Below are positions 47,976-60,816 of a stretch of DNA of 64,000 bases, piece after piece. The notes below the pieces were generated by a model that saw only the letters and a program-made list of their open reading frames with translations, had not been told where the DNA came from and did not search any database. The first letter of the stretch is position 1; the number at the start of each line of letters is the position of its first letter. The DNA is taken from assembly GCA_964019335.1 (NCBI GenBank), contig OZ025710.1:248001-312000 (forward strand), written 5' to 3'. The DNA is from Diplonema japonicum. Taxonomy: Eukaryota > Protista > Euglenozoa: Diplonemea. A program made the translations under genes and the position numbers.

Positions 47976-49760
47976 CTACAGTTTGCTTTTCACTGCCCGG
48001 CACTCGTACACTTGCTCGAGGAAACATTTCATCTGCGCACGCAGTTCATCCCAGTTCCCTTCTGCGATCAGGTGTGTGGGCACGTCCCAACGCACATCAC
48101 ACGTCAGCACTTCGGGAAGGGACAGGTACTGCTTTGCACGTTTTATTGTAATGCCCCCAGCGGGTATCCACCTCACAGCCGGGAACATGGAGATCATCTG
48201 CTTGAGACTTTGTACCCCACCGAGTTGCTCAGCGGGGAAGAAGATCAAATCCTTTATGTTCATCTTTAAAGCTGCCGATACTTCGGTTGCAGTTGCCACG
48301 CCAGGGTACAGGGGAACCCCCATCCTCGCTGCTAGGGACACCAACTCCGGGTCGCAACAAGGCGATGTGAGGAATCTCGCGCCATGCTGAATGGCAGCCT
48401 CAGCACGCTCAGGTGTTGTGATACGTGCGCCTCCGACAACACAGTTTGGCACCGCACGCACAATCTCTGTAAGTACCTTGTCGCCATTCGGTGCCGAGAG
48501 GTCGACACTCATGGCGGTGATGCCCGCAGATACAAGAACTTCGGCAAGCTTCCCTGCAACCGTGTGGTCCTCAAGTGCTATGACAGGTACCATTGGACAG
48601 TGTTTTAAACCTGCGTCTAATTGTTTCCGGGCTGTGAGGTCGGCCTGTTATGATTGGTTTTGACATTTTCTTTCTTTCCCCTATTGCCATACCGCCATGC
48701 CGACCACCACAGTCGAGCTCTCATCACCGATCGCTTCCAGTAGCTGTGTTTTTGGTACAATGCAGAGAGGCCCTTGCTTTTCCTGCGACAATGCAGCAAG
48801 TACATCGCCCCTCCTTGCCGCCGCACGTATTTGCTTCTTTGGGGCATGTCTGCCAAACCAGTCGCGCTCCAGTGCTTCGTCAAGGAAGCCTGTCATCCAC
48901 GCATCTACACAGCGTAATTCAGAAGGGCGGTGCTGCACGGGTGTGGACTTAGTGCTAACCACATGCCCGGGGTAGGCTACCGCACTCCATTTGTATTGCC
49001 AACCGTTAAGCCCCGGCATAGGCTGCTCAAAGCAGGTAGCAACCATAGGTACTCTTAGCATACTCCGTATGGTTCCAAGTGTTTTGACCCTTGCATCAGG
49101 TTTGCTGGAGGTTTTTACACACTCGAGAAGGGCAAGAGCGGTCTGCGGTGTTAATTAGTTATTTGAGTGTGAACATACCAACGCCTGCTCAGAGATGGTG
49201 AGGAGCGTGATTTGGTGGATAATTGGCTTCACAACCTGCCAGAGAAGAGGGAAGTCGATGATTGAAGGGCTCCAGTTGAGGTTCAAGACTATAGGAATCT
49301 TGGCAACATGGGCACGTTTGATGGCATGGACCCATGCTGCACGTGCTGTTTCAGAGATGGAGGGTGTGATGGCAGAGGTGACAAAGGCTCCTGTGTTCTT
49401 TAGGATAGTTGACCAGTCATAGTCCCGGCCATCCACACGGCGACAAAATGATGAGTGCCTCCTCTGGTAGACAGACTTCTTCCCTGTGGTGAAGACCATT
49501 CCTATTTCCGCATCAGCAGCATCATCAATAACAACATGAGAGCTGTCAACACCCGTATTGTTGGCAAGCTTTATCACCGACGTTCCCAGCTGTGTACCTG
49601 GCAACACAGAGACATACCTCACCTGCCTTCCCAATGAACCCAACCCCACAGCCACTACCAGCTCAGAGCCACCAAAATCTAACCTGCTCTTAAGTTTCTT
49701 CTCATCAACATTCAAGCACATCAAGGCCTCACCGAAGCAAACCACACCTTGCCCTGTCAT
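47976..49760 (-). CDS. PfkB-family KDG kinase (KdgK)-like + KDPG aldolase (Eda)-like fusion, 566 aa, C-terminal PTS1 (SKL); exons 49179-49760, 48693-49142, 47976-48644
   Basis: VVCFGEALM, FGGSELVVAVGLGSLG and LNLNWSP are PfkB/KdgK-like. VPVI, GARFLTSP, PGVATATEV, FFPAEQLGG and IPAGGI are Eda-like. Introns 49143-49178 and 48645-48692 give one continuous frame. Confidence 0.8.
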
Positions 49761-50284
49761 GTTTGACCTCTCCCTCCTACATATTGTGTGGGGTGACAAT
49801 AAAAAGAACATAAAATTAGGTAAGAAAACACTCAAATCAACTCAGTTCCCAAGACCAGTAGACTATGGATGGGCATCTAATTTCCAAGTTCATAGTAATT
49901 CAAGGGGAAGTTAATTCAAAACGAATGGGGTTGGAAGAAGAGGGGAAAAGTAGATCAGTGCACACCTTCTGACTTGTCTAAAAGTGTCCGTTAAAGAAAA
50001 GTAAGCCATGACAGCAGTGTTGTGTCATTCCTTCAAGGGAATTTGAGGGAATCCAGGGGAACGGAGGGAAGGGAACGATTCCCTCAAGGGAATTCAGGGG
50101 AACGAAAGGGGACAGGGGAACGGAGGGAATGGGGGAACGGAGGGAACAGCCTCAGGAAAATCCATCTAGATTTTTTTTTGACATTCTATGGGGGTCCTAG
50201 CTATGGTTTCCTAATCGAAGATTTTTTTTTTTTTACTTCACCCTTGTCATTTGCTTCATGCTACTTGCCAATTTAACAAGTTAA

Positions 50285-50908
50285 CCATTAAAGGATGGGG
50301 GTTTTTGGGCAAAAAAAAGGTCACCATCGACTTTTTTATTTTCTCAAATTAAAACATCCTCGAGCATGCAACCATAGAACGATGCTTGTGTAAAAGAAAA
50401 TACATCACCCAGGAGGGACAAAAAACACCCCCAGATGCCCCTCAAAGGCCCTGGGAAGTGAATAGAATAAGGAATTGAAGTGAAATTTATTGTAAAAACC
50501 CACCCATAGGTTGGACACTTCCTTACTTTTTTCGCTTGGGCCTCAGAGTGCTAGGGGGGGTTTTGCTTTTGGGACTTGGCTCAGATGACGACCTGGGGAG
50601 AAGGGTATGTGTTTGGAGACGCTGGTACCTTAGGCATTTCTTCAGTGTGGCCAGGCCTCCAGAGGGGGTAGATTGGGGTGGGTAAACCACTGGTTCATGA
50701 AAGTCGGCAAAGCAACGGCACAGATGCATGTTACAAGCCTTGCAGATGAAGATAGTTTGCACCCAGACCCTCAAAACACGCATGTGGTGTGTGCATTGTC
50801 TTGCTGCATCCAGTTTTTTGGACCAGTGACCTTTGGTGAAGTCACACCTGGCATCTTCCCTGGGCCTCAGTCCCCATTTCAGAACGGGTGCTTGCTGGGC
50901 AGTTGTTT
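50285..50908 (-). mobile_element. piggyBac terminal fragment, same family as 22547-24707
   Basis: TTAA followed by CCATTAAAGGATG; aligns to 22547-23150 with some CpG>TpG/CpA changes. Confidence 0.9.
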
Positions 50909-53900
50909 CAGTGATGGGTGAATCCGGTCTGGTCCAGTGTACCCAATTTACCAGACTGACCAGACTGACCAGATTGGCTGGACTGACCAGACTCGAAAAT
51001 TTTCTGCAATTTTTGACACACCTGCAAACACTTTTTTTCAAATATTTTTGGACAATGATTTTATCCTTTTTTTTTTTTTTTTTTTTCTCTTCTTCTTCTT
51101 CTTTGTACCACAGACATGCACAGCTCCATCAAGCCATTTGCACCTATCTACTCCAGTGCACTGCAGCTGCAGGTATGTACAAATGTCTGGAAATGTTGTA
51201 TTTGGATGTAATACAACCTGGCTGTGGTAATCAATGTGGAACACAGAAGAAGCTACAACCCGGCCACAGTGAGAGATATATGAGTTAAAGGACCTGCACA
51301 AGACTACTTGATTACAGGGGGTACACCACAGCCGAGTTGTAGCTTCTTCTGCATTCCATGTCGTGTCCTTAATGTGTGTGGTGTTCAGCTCAACCCCAGC
51401 CAGGGCATCCTGGGTAACCAAGATTCTGCTTGTGCAGGATTGGGTTGTTCCATTCCCTTCCGCCAAACTGAAAGTCAGAACTTGGCAGAATGGCAGAACT
51501 GGAACTTGGTGGAACAGGGAATTCCTTACTTTTTTTTTGTTTTAACAATATTATTGTTGAGACTAAAAACTAGTTGATGGCAGCATAATGAGCTATTTTA
51601 TTAGGTAAAATTCCACTCGTGTGCACAAACAAATGGAGTGTCAAACTAGTTTCCCCCCCCCCCCTTTTTTTCCTCTTTGCATCATCAAGGTCAAAAGTGG
51701 TGACTATATCACCACAACACTGACAGCACAATATTCCATGTCATGTCCTTAATGTGTGCAGTGTGCAGCTCAACACCAGCCATGGCCCTGGTAACTAAGA
51801 TTCTGGGCCTGTGTAGTTTGCTGCCAGTTCATCACCCTGAGCATCTGCAATACGTTCCTCCACTCAGGCACAACCGGTGATGACCAACATGGAGGTCAAC
51901 AGCAAACAACACATCTGATGTACTTCTTATATTTCCATATTTCTGTGATCCCCACCACCAAATAACATGAAAGAGGTAAAGGAGACCAGTGACAGGGGGT
52001 GCACCTTGGCCACTTCTGCATTCTGTGTCATGTCCTTAATGCATGTGGTGTGCAGCTCAACCCCAGCTGGTGCCCTAAGTAGTTTACTCACCCTGAGCAT
52101 CTGCAATTTGTTCTTCCACCACTCAGGGTGCTACAGGTGATGACCAGCCAAGTGGATGGAGGAAATGCCTGTTCATCGTGTTGGCACTGCAGCTGAGTTG
52201 TAGCTTCTTCTGTGTTCTGTGTTGTGTTCTTAATGTGTGCTGGGGTAACCAAGATTCTGTGCTCATACAGTTTGCTGCCAATTCATCACCCTGAGCATCT
52301 GCATTATGTTCTCCACTTGTGTGCTACTGGTGATGACCAACATGGAGCACACCCAAAAAAAGTTGTCTTGATTTTAGTGGTGCCATGCAGTATGTGACAC
52401 AGTGGCCACCCTTGTGAAACTCCACTTCACTGGCACAATGCTGTGGGGAGGCTACTTGCCCTGACCTGGTGAAGCCACCTCCTTGTTCAATGTAATGGGA
52501 TAAGGGACTCTCCATTGAGGGTGATGCTAACTTGCACCATGCATAGGGTGGGCTCTCCACCACCCCCATCCAGGTTTCCCCACGTGTATGGCTTTAGAAC
52601 AAGAGTTTCCCTTTTGCTTGTGTCTCCAACCAAAGGAAAATTCCTAAAGTGATTTTTGAAAGATTTTTTTCAGTCCAAGTGGGGTCAAAACTTTCCATTG
52701 GCTGTTCAGAATTCCATTTTCAGGACCAAATTGGGTGTTTAAGAAAGAAAAAATTAGGTAAGGAATTCCCTGTTCCATCAGTTCCACCATTCTGCCAAGT
52801 TCTGACAGTTTGGTGGAAGGGAACAGAATGACCCACCCCTGCCCAGAGCTGCACACCAAATTTTTTTTTGGCCAAAAACTCCCAAAAAAGTCTGTGAGGG
52901 TGCTAATTGAGTGAGGGTCCCTAAAAATTTTGTAAAATTAAAAAAATGTCAGGGGGTTTGGAGACCTGCTTTGAAAAAAATATTAAAAAGAGGCCTTTGC
53001 AAGAAAAGAAAAAAAAGGGATAGGCAGTGTTGGCCAACCTGGTGGGGTCTGAGGGGTCTGGCCCACAAACCACCCCAAGGAGGTTGATGTGGGCCTTTCT
53101 CCCTCCCTGGCCTTGGGTAGGGGTAGGGGTGGGTGGGGCCTGGTGGGTGAAAGTGAGTCAGGGCTCCCAAACACCAGCACCCCCCTACAATGACCTCAAT
53201 CCTTCACCAAGTGGGAAGGTAATATGCCAAGTGCTGAGATACCTCTTCATTGATTGCTTTCATGCCTCACCTGTCCTCTGCAGGCTGGAATACTCTGATG
53301 CCTACCATGTGACTTGATCATACTCTCATCAATGATCAATTCTCTGGGGGAATAGTGTTGCAGACAGGTAGGGGAGCAAGAATCTTATTTTTTGCAACCT
53401 GTCTGTCTCTTCACCCCTCCAAAATGCAATGACTGCTGTAAGTGCAAAAGCAGTAACATTTCATTACACTTGGTGAGGGCACAAATGGTTGGCCAGTAAT
53501 CTTTTAATTGTAACCTGGCTGTGGTGATCAATGTGAAGAAGAAGCTACAACCTGGCCATGGTGATACTCACTCATGCAGGGGTAGGTTGTTCCATTCCCT
53601 TCTGCCAAACTGAAAAGTCAGAGCTTGGTAGAATGGTGGAACCAGTGGAACCAGAACTTGGTGGAACAGGGAATTCCTTACCCTTTTTTTTCCTATTGTC
53701 CTTAATCACCACAGTTGGGTTGTAGCTTCTTCACATTCCACATCATGTCCTTAATGTGTGCAGAGTTCAACCCCAGCCAGGGCATCCCAGGTAACCAAGA
53801 TTCTGCTCATGCAGGGGTGGGTTGTTTTGTTCCCTTCTGCCAAACTGAAAAGTTGGAACTTGGTGGAATGGCAGAACCAGAACTTGGCAGAGCACAGCTC

Positions 53901-54140
53901 AGTAGCTTCTTCTGCATTCTGCATCATGTCCTTAATCACCATGGCTGAGTTGTAGCTTCTGTGTTCCATGTCATAGAGCCTGCAGTGTTCAGCTCAACCC
54001 TAGCCAGGGTGCCCTGGGTAACCAAGATTCTGCACTCATGTGATTTGCTCAGTGATGACTGATGAGGAGGTCAACAGCAAACACATCTGATGTTTTTCTT
54101 ATATTTTCATGTTATCCCCTATGAGGATCACCCATCACTG
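50909..54140. mobile_element. Nest of degenerate hAT-like elements and repeats
   Basis: TIR-like pair CAGTGATGGGTG (50909) / CACCCATCACTG (to 54140). ~95-bp CAGGGGTGGG-type ends at 51435, 53577, 53812 and inverted at 52757-52841. Repeated unit ...TGTCCTTAATGTGTG...GCTCAACCCCAGCC...GGTAACCAAGATTCTG in about 6-7 copies. Confidence 0.6.
53155..53500 (-). mobile_element. piggyBac internal fragment, fully CpG-decayed
   Basis: Aligns with deletions to 23692-24161; contains no CpG. Confidence 0.88.
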
Positions 54141-54513
54141 GTACAGTTACAACAGGGGGCAAATACAAAGAATGAGAAAGGTAAGTCATAAAGGAGAGAA
54201 AACTGACAGATAGACCATTACTAGGCCAAGTATAGGTGCCCTTAGTCCAGACCAGACTGGACTGGACTGAACCAGACTGGACAAGATACAACCACAACAC
54301 CACATCCCCCCCTTTTTTTTTGCTGCAGAGTTCAAATGTATAAACAAGATGTCTACAAGAAAAGATGTTACACAGGTACTGAACAATGAGAAACAAAGAA
54401 AAAAAAAAATGAAATATAAGAAAAACATCAGATGTGTGGCCCTATGGAAAAATCCCAAAGAATGGCAAAATCACCCAGGACTGACCCAGGTCCCCAAAGT
54501 CTTTTTTTGGAAC

Positions 54514-54678
54514 AAGTTCTTGCCTTGCACCCCTATTCTATTATCCATTGTGCAGTTGTGTCCCTTTCCCTTTTTCCCTCCCCCTTCCCTATTCTATTAT
54601 CCATTGTGCAAGTTCTTGCCTTGCACCCCTATTCTATTATCCATTGTGCAGTTGTGTCCCTTTCCCTTTTTCCCTCCC
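54514..54678. repeat. Short direct duplication (~68-bp unit x2 plus a partial copy)
   Basis: AAGTTCTTGCCTTGCACCCCTATTCTATTATCCATTGTGCAGTTGTGTCCCTTTCCC... occurs at 54514 and 54610. Confidence 0.85.
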
Positions 54679-54787
54679 TACTAGATAGGTGTTTGTTTTG
54701 GACTTTTGGTCACAATGTCCTTCAGTGACTTCATTCTTTTTAGTATTCTTAATTGCTTCAGTACACATTTCCATCAGGAACAACCAC

Positions 54788-57217
54788 ATGACTTCTCAGC
54801 TTCATGCACATAAACTGGATGAATGGACTGGAACATGGTTGGGGGGTAAGTCAGCAAACAGTGAAGGAGATTGTGAAAGAAGTGCCCCCTCTGTATTTGG
54901 GAAGGAAAGTGTGTTTGAGATTCAAAAACCTCTTGTGATTGCAGATGTTGCAAAACTGAAGGTTGGTAGCTTTCAAAAATCGAAGAATTTAAGTAAAAAA
55001 AATAGAGGTGCCAACAAGGAATGGACCCAGAACAGAATTGATGCAATGGATAACAAAGTAGAATCCCTACTCACTATGATGGTTAAACGCAGAGAGAAAA
55101 TGGAGATCACTGACAGTGAACAGCACCTCAGTTCACTATACAGTAGTGAGCATGAAGTGGTCAGATATGTTGCTGAGTTGAAAGCAGAGAAGCAGCTCCT
55201 CCTTCAAAAACTCCCATCAAGAAAGGTATGTCTTTTTATTGAAACACTCCACTATTAGGCAGACCTTATGCCAGATGTGATGAAAGCTGCCAAAAAGTTT
55301 GTGTGGATGGTCCCTGACCACCACAGTACAAACCACCGCTATGGTGCAAAGGCCTTCGATAAGAAGATTTTCAAAACAGTGAAAGGTCTTTGGAGAAAAT
55401 GCAAATTCGAAAAACTGAGTGTGCAGTCAACAGTTGCCTTGGTGGTCCCTGAGTGTGTTCCTGGTGCAGGTAAGACCTTTGCAGCACTCACTGCACGGCG
55501 TGGATTTAGTGAACTAGATGTTCACAAAGAATACTATTTCGTGTCAGCATACTTGGGGTTTGAGGACATACTGCCCTTAAGTGATACCGAAAAAGGGTTT
55601 CTGTCCCAAGGTGGTGATGTGCAACTGGTTTTCTACCTTAGATTTCTTGTATGGCTAAAGTGCTGGAATGACACAGAGGAGTTGTCTGGAATTGATATGA
55701 ACACATGGATGCAGAAACAGCTCAAACCTCGGCTGTGGCACTGGACAACAAATGAACATGGGGTCCGGGTTGCACACCCCTTTGATTCCCTGCAGCTGGA
55801 ACACATACAGCTATCTGTCCTTAGGGCAGAGATCAGATTGACCTTGCAAAGCATTGCCAAGAGACTTGGAGGGAAAAAACTCAGTATCCTCGTCGTGATG
55901 GACGATGCAAGTGTGCTGGATGATTTGTGTGAAACGCGATCCACAAAAGGGGTGAACGCCGCTCTGTATGGCCTCCGGAAGCTACAATATGATATGCAGG
56001 GCTGTGCTGTTGTGCTGCCAATGTGTTTGGGGTGCAGGCGTTTACAACACCAACCTGAGGCAAACATAACAGTCCTCAATGAGCACGACTTTATCATGGA
56101 CATGAAGACTGACTGGTTGGCCTTTTCGCGCGAACACATCCGCTCTGTGTCAGAGCCCCAGTTCGTCTCTTATGCGATGCTTGCATGGCCTCGTGTGCGA
56201 AGTGTCCTTGAGACACACACTGTTTCGTCCCGAGGGGTTGATCTCCTTTGGCATGCAGACCATGACACACGTCTTGTCCTCAAAACGGCAGCTGATCAAC
56301 GAACCTTAGATATTACAAATATGCCTAGAAACCTTGTGACCTTTAGCGTATCGAGTACAAGGGCGCATCCCGTGGTTGATTTCAGTACACTAGGGGACTT
56401 CGCGGACAGGCTAGGTCTCGCACTCAAAGACTTCCAAATCCCACCAATAGTCACGGCAGACATGGGCATTGAGACGTGGGGTGGGTTTGTAGGTGTTGCC
56501 TTTAAGACAATAGCTATGTTCCTAAGTTTCTTCTACCACTGCACCCCTGACTGGCGCAAGTACGCCCCAAAAGCAAATCACACTGAAAGACTGCGGAATT
56601 GGCTTCCTGAAGGCAGGATGAATTTGAAACAGGTCGAATACTTAAGTGAGGGTGCTATTGCACACAATGCATTGAGCCAAGGCTTTGTCGATGTCTTACG
56701 CAAGCTAACCGACCGCAATGATGCTATCCTTGTGCACTGCGGGGGTGATGCTTCGTTGGGTATAATATTAGTAAAGAGATTATGCAACCGGAAGCTGACG
56801 TTGCGGTTCGCAAGTACGCAATACACCAGCAAGAGAACAGCTGTGGCCTCGCTGCAAGAGTTGGATGCCTCGAGGGGAAATGCTGTGAAGACATATAGAA
56901 AATTGTGTAAGTTGCTGCGCAGCAGGAACAAGTCAAGAATAGACAAGTATAACAGCAAACATATGCTGCACATCACCAACAGTCTGATGTTGGGAGAACC
57001 CCCCGTCGATGTTATGAACCCTCAGAACACCACATGGTTTCCCATGACTCATGTTCTCTTTTCAACGCCATGGTCTCCAAAGGATATACCTACCGGTCTC
57101 TTCCTTCGAAACCGCCCCATCCCCTCCCTAGCCAGGGCGCGTATGGCTCCCATCGCCATTGCCGCGTCTGTGACAAGATGGAAAGCCTCGTCTTTCTCAA
57201 TTTTGAAACTCTCTTGA
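54788..57217 (+). CDS. P-loop NTPase-containing protein (~798 aa), possibly Crinkler/RHS-type; exons 54788-55225, 55259-57217
   Basis: 33-nt intron GTATGT...TATTAG (55226-55258) joins the two ORFs. Walker A-like VPGAGKT and Walker B-like LVVMDD. Confidence 0.6.
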
Positions 57218-57315
57218 ACGTAGAGGTAATCAATTAGAAATGTATTTATTAGAACTAGATTGTAGCTCGTTGTTATTCTTTTGTTTTGCTTGCCGTTATA
57301 TCCAACAGGGTGGGA

Positions 57316-60300
57316 ATGGAGACCCGAAAGAATGACAAAAATGCTGAAGAGTTTGAGGTATGCACATCCATTGACAACAACACCCTCAGGAATTTATCGC
57401 ACTCTATGAGAGTGGTGCGAAGGACCAGGACGAGAGGGTGTTAAAGGTGTTAGATAAGTTACTGGTGACATACTCAATAGAGGAAGAAGTGACCAACCCT
57501 TGTGAGGCCGTGATGGATGCAAGTTGCCCGACACCCCCCAAAACCCCCCAAAGGAAGAGAGGGAAAGCTTTTACGGGAAAGGCTGGGCTGAAAGGGCTCC
57601 CACAGGTGATACAGCTTTGCGCGGATAAGGTTGTGGCAGGTGTTCCAGGTTATGAGGAGGTGTTGTTGGAAGTGCTTCGAAAGATAGAAGAACCGCTGAA
57701 TCTAAGCGACGTACGTGATGACAGAAGGCAGCGGCAAGCTGTGCTGCGGACACTAGACGCGACTAGCAGAGTCCTGTTCTCACCAGTTGGCACAGTGCGG
57801 GGTGCAGCTGCCAAGGTGGTGCAGCTCATGGTAAGTGACATGAAGACCAAAGGCCACGATGACATCAATCCGCCAAGGCAGTTATCCCGCAAGCGTGACA
57901 CGCGTTTCAAGTGCCTTGAAGAATCCCAAACCATCACCACACTGTGCACGGTCATCCCAAAGTTAACTGGGCCGCTCGAGTCCCTCGCATGCCTACGCGC
58001 ACTGTGTGATGCAAGCTGTTACACATCTGTTTCCAAATGTCTCCTAGAAAAGGAAGGTGTCCTAAAACCCCTGATGATGGTCCTGGCAAGTATTATGGAC
58101 ACACGAAATATTCAAGACGGTCGCATATCTGTCATCGTGGAGACCTTGTGGAACATGTTGGACCTTGTGCCCAGCTGCAGGCGGGACCTGGGGTGCGTCG
58201 AGTACCTCTCCATCCTGTATGTTCTATACAAGGAACTGCTACAGTCCGGGCACCGCCTGAAGGATAAGGAGCTGCGCAATGACGTGTTGTCAATCGCAAC
58301 TATCGTAGCAGGCGACCAAGCAACGCACGAGAACTTCCTGACGACAAACTGGACACATATCATATGGCTTGCATCCTGTGGGGGCGAGATTATCCCTTCC
58401 GACCCTGTCTATAAGGACACTATAAAGCCCTTTGCATCCACAACTTCTCAAGACGACTTCGATATGAAGAAGACGCTCTGGCACCTCATGTACCTCCTGT
58501 CATTCACCGACTCCAACCTTAAATTCCTTCTGGACAAGGGTATCATCGCGGTGCTTCTCTGCTACATCGATTCGGGTTGCGACGTGCCTGCTGTCGTCAG
58601 ATGGCCGCTTACACAACTTGTAGAACTTCAAATGCAAGCGTTGCACATCCTGAGCCAGATGTGTGTGGGGGGCAGTGGGCAGCTAGCGGAGGGCAACGCG
58701 CCAAGGATACTTTTGTCATTCTTAGGAGAATGTGTTGGGGACCAGCTGAGAAACACCACGTTAAAAGTACTTTCGAGAGTGGTGTGCACGGAAAATAAGA
58801 AGATGATGGCCGAGCAGGGTGCGGTTGGCATTATCTTGTCGTTGGCTGAAGCAGCGCCGGAGCTGGAGATCAAGAGCAACTGCGTGAGAATTCTGTCGAG
58901 CATTGTAGACGGGCAGAGGTACCTACAGAAAGAGTTTGCAAATGCCGGTGGCATAGACATCTTAATGTTGTTCTTGACACTAGACTCACCAACACGTACG
59001 CTGGAGTCCGATGAGCTTGTGTTTTCAACCGTCGACTGCATCTGGTCGTGTGTCATCGGCTGCAAAGAGAGCGAAGACTCCTTCATAGAGATGGAAGGCA
59101 TCCATGTATGCATAAGCAAAATTCTTTTATACCAACGCAACGCGCCTATAGGCACTTCTAGATGAGCTCACCGTTGCGCCCATGTGGGTGTGCGTCCCGT
59201 TGCTGTCCTGCTTAGAAGACTTCCTCGCCTCGAATAAGTATGCTATTAAAAACACTGGCAACCTACTATCTAGTAGCGCTATTGAAGAACTGCTAGAATG
59301 GAAGAGTTCTACTGGGGCTGCCCTTGCCCAGGTTCTCATAAAAATGTGGGAAACCGACTCAAATGGGAGCACCAAGAGAATCCTTCCCGAGTCCATAGAG
59401 GAACGGCCCTTCACATCTGTCTTTGGCGAGGCTGAGATCGAAAAAATTTTAAGCGGGACAAAGGCCCCTGAAGCAAAAGAAAAACCGCTGCTGGATATCT
59501 TGGACGCGTTGCAGGGCCCAACTGACAAGGAGCCACCTTCAGGGATACAGCACGATATCAAGGTGAAGATCTATTGCATATTCAGCAAGGTATTTCAGAG
59601 AGACTCTAAGGCGCTGAGGGTGCTTAGCAATGCAGAAAAAATGCAGCTACAGGTGATTTTGTCGTACGCCGCATTGAGGCGTGATAGGGTGTGGTATCAG
59701 ATAGATGAAGCTTTGAGACAAGGGGGGACTGTGCCTATTGGACAGGATAGGAAGAGGTTAGAAAAGGCAAAGGAGGCTGCGGAAAGGAGGTGGAAAGCGA
59801 TACGGGAAGAGCAGATTAAGTTGCAGGCAGCAAGTGAAGTGTATGCTGATATTGAAGAGAAGACGTTCTACAAGCTGCTTGTCAAGAAGAAGAACGACAC
59901 CCTGACGACGAAGCAGACAACCACAGGGTTGTCCATAACAGAGGCAAAGATACGGAAGGCGCAGATGCTGAAGGCATCCTTCATGTCTGCAACGTCTGCA
60001 ACAGATGCCGCCAACAAGATCCCTGACACGGTGCAGCGCAAGCCCTCCAGACGTGAGCAGGATGTGTTCACGGAAGTATTCGACTTCAAAAAGCTTGAAA
60101 GCGAGATCTCCGAGCTCATTATTTCTGCGCGGACCGACCCCACCCCCATCATCGACAAGTTGGAGACCATCCTCAAGAGCATCACAGCAGACGGGACACT
60201 CCCTGCGGGGGTGGAAGGCCCCGGTGTCCTCTCAGAAGGCAAAGCAGGTGTTATGCAGGCCATCTCCTTCCTGAAAACACTCCGAGAACTCCCACGGCTC

Positions 60301-60771
60301 ACCACAGCTCCTGGACTCATCCTCGCAGCAGCTGACCATGCAAGCAACCAGAAGGACAAGGACCACGTGGACCACGTGGGAGGGGACAACTCCACTGCAC
60401 TTTCGAGGATGAACAGGTGTGTACTTTATTTTCCCTTTGCTGGGAACCAACCGCCACTTTACTTGCAGGTACGGAATGGTTGTTGGAGCGTCTGCAGAGA
60501 GCTTCTGTCTAGGGCAAAACACGGCCATGGGCATTATTCTGGATCTTGTGATCAACGATGGGATTAGCTCAAAGGCTGACAGACTGAACCTGTTCAGCCC
60601 CGAGTTCAGGTACAGCGGAAAGAATAAAGAATAAAAAAATAATTCTTTATGACTATATGTCTTTGTTGTTCGCACGAGCAAAAAAGATTTTTAAAAAGCT
60701 GCGAAAGTTTTTTGCTCGGCACAAGTTGCATATAGTTATAAAATCATTTTTTGAAAGATAAATATTTGTAA

Positions 60772-60816
<45 letters not shown>

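Larger units (their letters stand above)
49761..54787. other. Divergent strand-switch region between a >49 kb minus-strand gene cluster and a plus-strand cluster; repeat-filled and CpG-depleted
   Basis: All credible genes to the left are minus-strand and all to the right are plus-strand. Nested transposon fragments. No CpG seen from 52585 to 54980. Confidence 0.85.

Noticed and set aside
51038-51466. ORF with a zinc-finger-like LWCTPCNQVV segment
   Set aside because: It lies in decayed repeats; at most a transposase remnant, not a supportable gene.
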